Shown: one piece after another, positions 56,130-64,000 of the stretch
Position numbering within the stretch: the stretch's first letter is position 1
Layout: each line of letters begins with the position of its first letter
Assembly (NCBI GenBank): GCA_963718895.1
Contig: CAVRAG010000008.1
Span: forward strand, 1,408,001-1,472,000
Direction: 5' to 3'
Length of the DNA: 64,000 nt
Source of the DNA: an uncultured Nitrososphaerota archaeon
GTDB taxonomy: Archaea > Thermoproteota > Nitrososphaeria > Nitrososphaerales > Gagatemarchaeaceae
Position numbers and translations under genes: made by a program
Notes under the pieces: generated by a model
Told to the model about the DNA's origin: nothing
Database searches by the model: none
Seen by the model: only the letters and a program-made list of their open reading frames with translations

Positions 56130-57758
56130 TCAGATCTGTTTCCCTATTCTTCGAAGCGCGGCTATCGAGCAGAACAGCAAGATTACTCCGACCTGGACGG
56201 CCACGAGCAGCAAGTACGAGGTAGGGAGAGATGTACTGGATGCTCCTATCGAGCTTGAGCTGGCAGACGACCCGGTTGAGGTGACGACAGAGGCGGACGA
56301 GGAGGCGGAGCTGGTCGGAGACGAGGTGGTGCTGGAGCTGGTTGTCGTGGATGTGACTGAGCTGGTGGTCGTGGATGTGGTCGACCCCGTCTTCGAACTC
56401 GTTGTTGTACTCGTTGTCTGTGCTCCAATGAGAGGCAGCGTATAGGATCCTGACTCCCGCCCCAGGTAGACATAGTTGGGGGTGCCCACTGATATGTTTG
56501 AGAACCCGTTGCCTGCATATGAGACCTGGAGGTTGTCGGCCGTCTCCCCTGTGTTTCCTCCGAAGCTGTAGTCGGACGGATATGCCGTCTGTGCGTCCGT
56601 GGTCGAGTTACCGTAGAAGAGACCTAGGGAAGCGCTGAGCTGCGTGAACTGGGTGGACTCCCCGTTCCCCTCCCCGCCGAAGACCAGCTCCGATTCGTAG
56701 AAGAGGCCGTCGGGGACTGTGGCGTTCCCTGAGACCTCGAAATAGGCGCTCTGAACGGAGGGATCGTGTATCGTTGCGTTGTCGAACCAGTTGATCGCTT
56801 GCACCGGCGCCGGCCCGTTATGAATCACCTGGACGCCGATCTGCAGCGTGACTCCCACACCCGGCACGGCAATCTCGCTCATGATCAGTGCCAGCTGTAG
56901 GGGTAGCGCGTAAGTGGTGTTCGAGGACTGGAAGGAATAGTAGTATCCAGGGTTCGCGGGGTAGGCGTACCCCCCATCCGCCGAGGTGATGGTCTTGTTG
57001 CTCAGGAACCCAGAGACGCTCCCGTTCCAGACATTGTCGGCCCATGAGACCTTCGAGGCTGCGGTGACGAAGTCGGGCGTGTTCTGAACCCAGTAGTTCT
57101 GTTGTTGACCTCCCTTCTCATTGACCACGAGGATCGAGTTCAGTTGGAGAGTCGCGCCAGAGACCGTGTCGTTATAGGATGGGGCCGACGCGTTGTAGGC
57201 TTGCAACGACGCAACGTCGGCAACGCCCACCACGTCGCTGCTCTCTACCGCGTATGGGGTTACCTTCCCAGAGTCATTGTAGAGCCCGAAGGCCGCGACG
57301 CCCGAGGGCTCGGGCGGGGTAAGCGGGTAGGCGAAGTACGGGCTGATGGGGAAGGTCTGAACGTCATAGCTCACGTTCGCGCTCCGTCCATAGGCGACGA
57401 AGAGGAGGTAGTACAGACCCTCCGAGACCTTCAAGGAGTGTTGGACAGTGGTGCCGTTCTGGAGAAATAGCGAGGCCGAGATATCGCTCACGCCGTTGTT
57501 GAAAGATGTGTACTGTGAGTTTGTCATGAGCGCGGTCGAGAGGCTCGTGTTGCTGCTCACAGCGAAGGAGATTGTCGTGAGAGTCGACGGTGCGGCGACC
57601 TCAATGGGCTGGTAGTAACCGGAGGGCAGGACCAATTGGTAGGGGAGGGGCGCGGTGGAGTGGGTAAAAGCTGCGACAGAGGCGACTGAGAATACGGGGG
57701 AGAGAAGAAGGAAGGCGAACGCTATTGACAGCCCGCCTGGTGCACGGCGCCTTTCCAT
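56130..57758 (-). CDS. thermopsin-family (A5) protease, membrane anchored
   Basis: TLQLN, YWVQN, DNVWN, ELVFGG, TGETA; Ser/Thr linker + C-terminal TM. Confidence 0.88.
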   Translation of the reverse strand: MERRRAPGGLSIAFAFLLLSPVFSVASVAAFTHSTAPLPYQLVLPSGYYQPIEVAAPSTLTTISFAVSSNTSLSTALMTNSQYTSFNNGVSDISASLFLQNGTTVQHSLKVSEGLYYLLFVAYGRSANVSYDVQTFPISPYFAYPLTPPEPSGVAAFGLYNDSGKVTPYAVESSDVVGVADVASLQAYNASAPSYNDTVSGATLQLNSILVVNEKGGQQQNYWVQNTPDFVTAASKVSWADNVWNGSVSGFLSNKTITSADGGYAYPANPGYYYSFQSSNTTYALPLQLALIMSEIAVPGVGVTLQIGVQVIHNGPAPVQAINWFDNATIHDPSVQSAYFEVSGNATVPDGLFYESELVFGGEGNGESTQFTQLSASLGLFYGNSTTDAQTAYPSDYSFGGNTGETADNLQVSYAGNGFSNISVGTPNYVYLGRESGSYTLPLIGAQTTSTTTSSKTGSTTSTTTSSVTSTTTSSSTTSSPTSSASSSASVVTSTGSSASSSSIGASSTSLPTSYLLLVAVQVGVILLFCSIAALRRIGKQI

Positions 57759-57910
57759 TGTTGTAGCTCAACCCTCAATGTATATACACACTTGGAATCG
57801 TCATCCCTCTGGCCGTTAAACGACCCTCTTCATGATGGATGCTCAGCCTGGCAGTCCTGAGCATATCGTGCTCTGTAACTTCGCTTAGCTATCGAATCTT
57901 ATCAATCGAT

Positions 57911-58765
57911 TCAGAACGCCGAGCCCGTCATGCGGTCGCTCAATTCCCACAGTTTCGTCGCTGCCGCTTCGTCGTATGACTGTTCGGACGACCTCTTTGG
58001 CTTGCACTTCTCGTAGTACTTCCCCGTGACGCCCTCGACCTCGGGCGACGATGCGAGGTAGACCGAAGTCTTCGCCCCTTCATCGGGGCTGAGCATGAAC
58101 AGAGCCGCCAGCCTCGTAAAGGGACTGAACACTCCCGCGTGAGACCAGATGTCCGTCCTGACCGCGCCCGGATGGAGGCAGTTCGCGGTGACCCCACTCC
58201 CCTGGAGCCGGCGCGCGAGTTCGTAGGTGAAGAGGATGAGGGCCAACTTCGACCTCCGGTAGGCACCGAGGCCGCCCGGTCCCATCTTCCCCCTGCCGTT
58301 GATGTTCTCGAAATCGAGTGATGCCCCATAGTGCCCACCGGAGGAGACGTTCACCACCCTCGACGGCGCACTCTTCCTGAGGGTGCTGACCAGAAGGTTC
58401 GTGAGGAGGAACTGCGAGAAGTAGTTCAGCGCCATCGTCCGCTCTATCCCGTCGTCGGTCTCCTTGTAGTCGATGAAGTCGGAACCCGCGTTGTTCAGCA
58501 GGACGTCGAGCCGGGAGCGCGTCGAGATGAACTCGGATGCGGCCCTCCGCACCTCCCTCTGGACGAGCATGTCAGCTATGATCAAATCCACGGCTCTGCC
58601 GGAGGAGGATGCGATCTCGGCGCGGGCCTTCTCGGCCTTCTCTCGGTTCCTGCAGAGCAGGGTCAGGTCGGCTCCCATCTTCGCCAACGACACCGCTGAG
58701 GCCTTGCCTATCCCAGAGTTCCCTCCGGTGATCAGGACGACCTTCCCTTCCATGGGCGAGGTCAT
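57911..58765 (-). CDS. short-chain dehydrogenase, retinol dehydrogenase-like
   Basis: TGGNSGIG, NNAG, YRRSK, HPGAVRT. Confidence 0.92.
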   Translation of the reverse strand: MTSPMEGKVVLITGGNSGIGKASAVSLAKMGADLTLLCRNREKAEKARAEIASSSGRAVDLIIADMLVQREVRRAASEFISTRSRLDVLLNNAGSDFIDYKETDDGIERTMALNYFSQFLLTNLLVSTLRKSAPSRVVNVSSGGHYGASLDFENINGRGKMGPGGLGAYRRSKLALILFTYELARRLQGSGVTANCLHPGAVRTDIWSHAGVFSPFTRLAALFMLSPDEGAKTSVYLASSPEVEGVTGKYYEKCKPKRSSEQSYDEAAATKLWELSDRMTGSAF

Positions 58766-58876
58766 TGATGTTGTTGAGGTCCGGCCGATGATAAAGGTTG
58801 AGCGAGGCCGCAATGATTCGTGACCTCCGCCCGCTTGTTTTGGCCGAGATGACGAAAGAAAGGCATGCCATGTATG

Positions 58877-58896
58877 AGGTTTGTTCCGCCTCCGCC
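58877..58896 (+). repeat. copy of the dispersed motif
   Basis: aggtttgttccgcctccgcc, 16/20. Confidence 0.65.
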
Positions 58897-58906
58897 ACGC
58901 TCCTAA

Positions 58907-59533
58907 CTACGGTATTTTGGTGTCTCGGAGCCGCCGACCCCGCGGAGATTGCAGGCCCTGTATCAGGGAGCTTAATCCATCCCTCCACACCTTCTTCGCC
59001 TCTGCCTTCTCGAGGCCCTGAAGGACGCTCACGATGACTCCATGGCGAAGCGCGACGACCACGCGGGCGACTGCGGTCGAATCGACCTCGCTAGAAATCT
59101 CCCCTTGCTCCTTGAGCCCGTCGATGAATCTTGAGATGATCTCCACATACCTGTCGTAGGTCTCTCCGACCATCTTCTGCAGGGTGGGGTTCCTCGGTGC
59201 CTCCGCGAGCGCCTCGAACATCAGGGCCCTCTCGCGCGTGTGCCTCTCCAGCTCGGCGTCCATGTGTTCCTCAGCCACCTTATGGAAGGCTCCGTCCGTA
59301 AAGCCTGACCTGAGGGCCTCCTCGAGTTCCCCGGCGTTGACGAGGCAGAGCTCCTGGAAGAGCTTCTCCTTGCTCTCGAAGTACTGGTAGACCGCGCCCT
59401 TGCTGACGCCTATGGCGCTCGCTATATCGTCCATGGTCGCCTCGTGGTATCCCTTCCGGGCGAAGACCTCGGCTGCGGTCGTGAGAATCCTCTTCTTCGC
59501 CTGCTCCTTGTACTCCGGAATCACCCTCGGCAT
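58907..59533 (-). CDS. TetR/AcrR family regulator
   Basis: FARKGYHEATMDDIA...SKGAVYQYFESKE; divergent from an MFS gene. Confidence 0.93.
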   Translation of the reverse strand: MPRVIPEYKEQAKKRILTTAAEVFARKGYHEATMDDIASAIGVSKGAVYQYFESKEKLFQELCLVNAGELEEALRSGFTDGAFHKVAEEHMDAELERHTRERALMFEALAEAPRNPTLQKMVGETYDRYVEIISRFIDGLKEQGEISSEVDSTAVARVVVALRHGVIVSVLQGLEKAEAKKVWRDGLSSLIQGLQSPRGRRLRDTKIP

Positions 59534-59638
59534 ATGTCCGCCGACGGGATTGGCGTTTATTTAAGTCTGATTCCCATGGTCGGAAAATATGCGTAAGGTA
59601 TTAATAGTTACTCTATAGTCGCTTTTGGAAGAGCGAGT

Positions 59639-61120
59639 TTGGAGACAGTCACGACGCTGAAGTCCCCTGAACTAGGCGCCAAGGGAACGTCCAACCACCA
59701 ACTCCGCACGCTTCTAGCGATGGCCAGCGTCGCGCTTCTGCTCAACTACGTCGAGACCATGGTCATCCCTGGGGTGCCCACCATCCAGAAGGATTTCTCC
59801 ACGACGTCGAGCTTGGTCTCTTGGATTACCTCGGGCTTCCTCATCGTCGGCAGTGCGGTCTCCCCGCTGATGGGGAAGCTGGGTGACAGCTACGGGAAGA
59901 AGCGGATGTTCCTCGTCGCACTCGTCTTCTACACGGCTGGTGTGGGCCTCGCCGGCTTCTCGCCCTCGATTTACTTCCTGATCGCGGCCAGGGCTGTGCA
60001 GGGCATAGGGTTCGCGGTCATCCCGCTGGCGCTGGCGATAATCTCCGAGGTCTTCCCCAAGGAGAGGATAGCCATGGCGCAGGGCATAATTAGCGCGACG
60101 TTTGCTATCGGCGCGGCCGCTGGCCTCGTGCTGGGCGCGTACATCGTCCAGGACATCGGGTGGCAGTGGGCCTTCCATTCGGCCTTCGTCGTCAGCGTCG
60201 CCCTCTTCTTTGTCATGGCCAGGGTGATACCCATTGGCTCTCAGGGTACAGGGCGGAAGGTCGACTACAGCACCATCGGCATGCTGATGGCGGGCGTCTC
60301 CCTGGCGCTGCTCTACCTGACAGAGGGACCCTACCAAGGATGGTACTCGTGGTACGACCTGGTGGCGCTTGCGACCGGGCTGGCACTGACCGTCGGCTTC
60401 TTCGTGGCGGAGGGCAGGAGGGAGAACCCCCTGATTCCGCCCAAGCTGCTGGCGATCAGGAACGTCCAGGTCGCCAACGGGGTCGGCGTCATCTCGGGGA
60501 TATCCATGTTCCTGCTCTTCTTCGCCGTGACCTACTATACACAGCTACCCAAGGCGTTCGGAGGCCTCGGACTGAGCGTCATCTCCTCCGGGCTGACCGT
60601 GGCGCCCGCGACGGTCCTGATGCTCGTCGCCGGGCCGGTGATGGGCAGGATGGTCTCGAAGGTCGGCCCCAAGCCCATAATCATCCTGGGAGCCCTGATA
60701 GGCATCGCAGGGAGCCTCCTCTTCGTCTTCAACCGGGGCACCTCCCTGGATGTGACGATAGACGCGGCTGTCTCGCTGGTCGGGGCCGTCTCCGTAATCA
60801 TACCCATCGTGAACATGGTCACCATCTCACTCCCCCGGGAGAGCGTGGCGACCGGACTCGGGCTCAACACGATGCTCAGGAACATCGGAGGCGCCCTGGG
60901 CCCAGTCCTGGCGACGACGATAATGAGCACCTACACGCTGAACGTCCCCAAGGGGCTGGCGCCGCCCGGGCTCTCCCTGCCCTCGGCCGCAGCCTTCGAC
61001 TACATCTTCTACTTGGGTGCCGCTGCCCTGGTCGTGGCAATACTGCTCTCACTGGCGGCGAAGAACTACACCTTCCCGACGCCTGAGAAGCCTGCGCTTC
61101 ACACAGAAGAAAAGCCATGA
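59639..61120 (+). CDS. MFS transporter, 14 TM
   Basis: GKLGDSYGKKR, RAVQGIG, GWQWAF. Confidence 0.92.
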   Translation: METVTTLKSPELGAKGTSNHQLRTLLAMASVALLLNYVETMVIPGVPTIQKDFSTTSSLVSWITSGFLIVGSAVSPLMGKLGDSYGKKRMFLVALVFYTAGVGLAGFSPSIYFLIAARAVQGIGFAVIPLALAIISEVFPKERIAMAQGIISATFAIGAAAGLVLGAYIVQDIGWQWAFHSAFVVSVALFFVMARVIPIGSQGTGRKVDYSTIGMLMAGVSLALLYLTEGPYQGWYSWYDLVALATGLALTVGFFVAEGRRENPLIPPKLLAIRNVQVANGVGVISGISMFLLFFAVTYYTQLPKAFGGLGLSVISSGLTVAPATVLMLVAGPVMGRMVSKVGPKPIIILGALIGIAGSLLFVFNRGTSLDVTIDAAVSLVGAVSVIIPIVNMVTISLPRESVATGLGLNTMLRNIGGALGPVLATTIMSTYTLNVPKGLAPPGLSLPSAAAFDYIFYLGAAALVVAILLSLAAKNYTFPTPEKPALHTEEKP

Positions 61121-61175
61121 TTTGTAATCGGCAGTTTTGTCCTCAAGAGAATTCGTCGATCAAGAGGAGGGGAAG

Positions 61176-61559
61176 TCATACATGAGGTTCATTGCGCTTG
61201 CCATGTCGACTCCTAGGCGTTCTTCCAGCCGTGAGCTTTCCTGCTTCCTTGAGAATCCGGATCACCTCGGTCTCATCGATATCGGCCGAAGGCTCGACGG
61301 ACACGTGGCGCATGCCCCTTCCGGTTCCTTCCAAGAGAGTGGAAGAAATTTGCGCGCCATACATCAGGTACAGGTTGACGTGCCTACTGTATTCTGCTAT
61401 GGACGCCACCCCGACTCCGTTGAACGTATAGTAGGGGACGTTCCACTTTATCGCCTCAGGGACCCCCGGCAAGGCCTTCTTCACCAATGAGCGGAGCTCC
61501 TCGAACTGGCTCCTCAGCTTCGGATCGACCTTGGAGATGTAGGCGTCAACGTCAGACAT
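61176..61559 (-). CDS. DUF1801 family protein
   Basis: VDAYI, EAIKWNVPYY, LLEGTGRGMRHV. Confidence 0.85.
   Translation of the reverse strand: MSDVDAYISKVDPKLRSQFEELRSLVKKALPGVPEAIKWNVPYYTFNGVGVASIAEYSRHVNLYLMYGAQISSTLLEGTGRGMRHVSVEPSADIDETEVIRILKEAGKLTAGRTPRSRHGKRNEPHV
61185..61198 (+). repeat. copy of the dispersed motif inside the 3' tail of the DUF1801 ORF
   Basis: aggttcattgcgct. Confidence 0.65.
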
Positions 61560-61561
61560 GG

Positions 61562-61579
61562 AGGTTCGATGCGCCTGCG
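61562..61579 (+). repeat. degenerate copy of the dispersed motif
   Basis: aggttcgatgcgcctgcg, 14/18. Confidence 0.5.
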
Positions 61580-61658
61580 TGATACTTTAGGATTCGGAAT
61601 CAGCCGGGCCCTCATGTCCCCTGCGACTGCTGTGGGTCAGGGACGGCAGCCACGTGTG

Positions 61659-61681
61659 GGATTCACTGCGCCTCCGCCGGT
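61659..61681 (+). repeat. strong copy of the dispersed motif
   Basis: ggattcactgcgcctccgccggt, 20/23. Confidence 0.85.
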
Positions 61682-61783
61682 CCGTCTCATCCAGGTTTCC
61701 TGTCCATCTCTCAGAGGTTTCAACGACATGGAACGGCGGCGATGCGATAGTTATTTATGAGGCGGGGGTCACATTAGGAACTG

Positions 61784-62200
61784 ATGCGTTCCTGTCCCTA
61801 CTGCGGCGCCGTCGTCGAGTCTGCACCCAGCGCAGGCACAGCCTCAATCGAGGAAGGCGGCAAGGTCGCAACGAGAGCGATGGAGCACTATGCTTGCCAG
61901 GCGTGCGGCCGCAAGTTCGGAGTAATCAAGGGAAGAACTGAGAGTGTGTTGATCCCGGCGAAGGTCGTGGAAGAGATGCGGACCCGCCTGGAACGGGCCC
62001 TCGCAAACAACGAATCGCTGCGGAAGAAGGCCAGCCAGCTCGCAAACGAGACCAGGAGCCTCAAGGCCTCATTGAAGACAGCTCGCGAGACGGCCTACTC
62101 CAAGTCTCTTCGGAGCAGAATGACGGAACTCGAGCGCCATGTCGAATCCCTGAGAAAAGAAAAGGGACGGCTGGAAGAGCAGCTCGCGCTGATGGGGTAA
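61784..62200 (+). CDS. zinc-finger + coiled-coil protein
   Basis: CPYC..CQAC, then a heptad-rich helix. Confidence 0.65.
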   Translation: MRSCPYCGAVVESAPSAGTASIEEGGKVATRAMEHYACQACGRKFGVIKGRTESVLIPAKVVEEMRTRLERALANNESLRKKASQLANETRSLKASLKTARETAYSKSLRSRMTELERHVESLRKEKGRLEEQLALMG

Positions 62201-62207
62201 GCCCCTA

Positions 62208-62462
62208 TCAGTTGGACTGCGGCGAGGAGAGCTCTGCGTCCGAGGACAGACGCACAACCCGATCTTCCAGCGCGGTCTTCTCTATCCTGAGTGACTGGAC
62301 CTGGCTCTCGAGCGAGGATGCGTTCCGCTCAAGTGTCTTGATAGTGATTGTCTCGTTCAGGGATTCGATGTCTCCTTGCAGTGCCGACCGTTGTTCTTCG
62401 AGATGCCTTATCCGGTCCTCGAGCTGGCTCTTGGTGTCTACGAATGGCGTTATGGTCTCCAT
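62208..62462 (-). CDS. small coiled-coil protein
   Basis: METITPF...LEDRIRHLEEQRSALQGDIESL heptads. Confidence 0.6.
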   Translation of the reverse strand: METITPFVDTKSQLEDRIRHLEEQRSALQGDIESLNETITIKTLERNASSLESQVQSLRIEKTALEDRVVRLSSDAELSSPQSN

Positions 62463-62663
62463 ATTTCCTCGGATGATGCTGGAATGACGTATGTAATACC
62501 AAGTAGGCTCGGAAAGTCTTGATTCAGTGGTGAAGTAGTGTGCAGCAACCTTTCGGAGCGGGGCTGACAAGTCCTGAACGGAGCCAGGTTGACCAATGTT
62601 GAGCTCTTGGGGCCGGCGTGTTGACCGCCTCGATTAATCCGTGACAGGCGCGGAGCTGCCAAC

Positions 62664-63011
62664 GTGCGCGAACAAGATCCGGCGATGATGCGGATGTTCA
62701 TAGACTCCGCCAAGAGAATCTCGCTGGACTACGCTCGGGTCTCTCAGGCTCTCGACTCCAGGGAGACTGCTCGAAGCCTGAGCGCCCTCACTCACCCTGT
62801 GTCGCTCAATGGTGCGATCAGGACCGCGGGCGTGGCGCTGGCCCTTGCGCCGGAACCGTTCACCACGGCTGCCGGGCTCGCGATGATTGCTGGTTCGTGC
62901 CTTATGAAGAGTCGGGAGCCCGCCAGCCTGGCAGGCCTCGAACGGGAAGCCGCGTCGGTACTGGGAGACCTCTCTTCGCTGTCCCTCGCGGACCTGTCGA
63001 TCTCGCTGTAA
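62664..63011 (+). CDS. hypothetical protein with hydrophobic hairpin
   Basis: AGVALALAPEPFTTAAGLAMIAG. Confidence 0.6.
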   Translation: MREQDPAMMRMFIDSAKRISLDYARVSQALDSRETARSLSALTHPVSLNGAIRTAGVALALAPEPFTTAAGLAMIAGSCLMKSREPASLAGLEREAASVLGDLSSLSLADLSISL

Positions 63012-63121
63012 CTTGCCGGTCTTCACATCAAGGCGGACTGATGACGCCTCACGTCGTGGGACCGGAGGAACTTGGTCCACGTGGTGCCGTGGCCTTTGAA
63101 GGCGGTGTTCCGCCGCAAAAA

Positions 63122-63138
63122 CGGTTCATTGCGCCTCC
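63122..63138 (+). repeat. strong copy of the dispersed motif
   Basis: cggttcattgcgcctcc, 16/17. Confidence 0.8.
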
Positions 63139-63823
63139 TTGAGTTGTAGGCAGATACTACACAGCAGCAAGCAGCAAAGGCTCGGCCGTGTCCCGGGCAT
63201 CGGACTGCTGTGGGAATCGTCCGAATCCTCCTGCCTGGGGTCTTCACCGTCGAGGAATCGAAGCTGCACGATTGAGGGCTTATGTCTGGGGACAGGTGCA
63301 TTGTCCTATGCCCTGCCGGCAGTCCATGCAATATGCAAGATCTCCCTCGAATGCCGCAGATCCGCCACAGGCCCCGCAAGTTGCCCCACGTGCTATCTCG
63401 CGACTCAAGAGAATGGATTCAATGTGTCCAAGCTTGGGGTTATAATAGAAGAAGGAACAATCTTCTGTTCGAGGCCTATTTTCCGGGCGAGAGTCAAATG
63501 TCTTGACTCAAGGCGCCCGTAGCCTCGGCCGCTTGGCGATGCCGAACGAAGGGCAGCCATGCAAGGGGTTATGATGCTACGAAATCTCTGGTGGTCCAGA
63601 TGTCGGGGCAGAATCGAGATCAGTGATGAGATTCGCGCCGGGTTGAACTGCAGGGCCACTTCGATGAAGTCGGAGGGCTTCGCTTCTCGAGCTATCAATG
63701 ACTTGGCTGCGATGAAAGATGAATCTGACCAAAAATGCCTGGTGGCCTGAGCCTGTGCTGCCCTCCATCAGGTCAGATACGCCTTCGCCGAGACTTCTCG
63801 CTCGCTCGAATCGGCGTCCAGTC

Positions 63824-64000
63824 CTACTGTTTCGGCGGGACGAAGGCACTTGGGTCGAAGATGGTCTGGATGGAGACGATCTTCCCGGCCCTGATCTGGT
63901 ACCACGAACACATGAACACGGTGGGTCCAGTCGTCTTCAGGTCGTATATCACGCACACGTCGTCTCCGTCAGCGAAGGCCTTCTTGATGTCATACTTCCC
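63824..64000 (-). CDS. SnoaL / NTF2-like protein, C-terminal part (runs off the window)
   Basis: GKYDIKKAFADGDDVCVIYD...GKIVSIQTIFDP; not in the ORF track. Confidence 0.75.
   Translation of the reverse strand, partial: GKYDIKKAFADGDDVCVIYDLKTTGPTVFMCSWYQIRAGKIVSIQTIFDPSAFVPPKQ

Noticed and set aside
58801-58819. Possible minus-strand copy of the motif (gaggccgcaatgattc)
   Set aside because: It needs an insertion and overlaps an equally weak plus-strand match, so it is too ambiguous to count against the strand bias.
2101-63138. Reading the dispersed repeat as a CRISPR array or as integron attC sites
   Set aside because: Spacing is 0.1 to many kb and contains whole genes; there are no cas genes or intI; there is no long attC-type palindrome; and the genes lie in both orientations.
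63140-63820. Several short overlapping ORFs
   Set aside because: None shows convincing coding pattern or motifs; likely degenerate DNA.

Overview
GC-rich (roughly 60%, judged by eye) archaeal DNA. TATA boxes about 25-30 nt before leaderless starts, PEF-CTERM tails, an HTH-10 regulator, Lrp/AsnC proteins, thermopsin and F420-type oxidoreductases point to an archaeon, probably a non-ammonia-oxidising Nitrososphaerota (inference). The window has no core housekeeping operon, rRNA, intact tRNA, CRISPR array, transposase or integrase. It is a patchwork of about 70 unrelated accessory genes in 1-3 gene units in both orientations, including tdh-kbl, gadB, speB, msrB, vapBC, MFS and ABC transporters, a class III cyclase, a pentameric ligand-gated ion channel, HEPN, RusA and several broken genes. 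The main unexplained signal is a ~23-bp motif, consensus GGGTTCATTGCGCCTCCGCCGGG. I found about 26 copies by eye, all on the + strand and almost all at gene boundaries regardless of gene orientation. Copies are denser and better conserved toward the right end, and broken genes cluster on the left. This suggests a polar gene-cassette array built by repeated site-specific recombination, analogous to an integron but without attC sites. All alignments and family calls were made by eye, without database searches.
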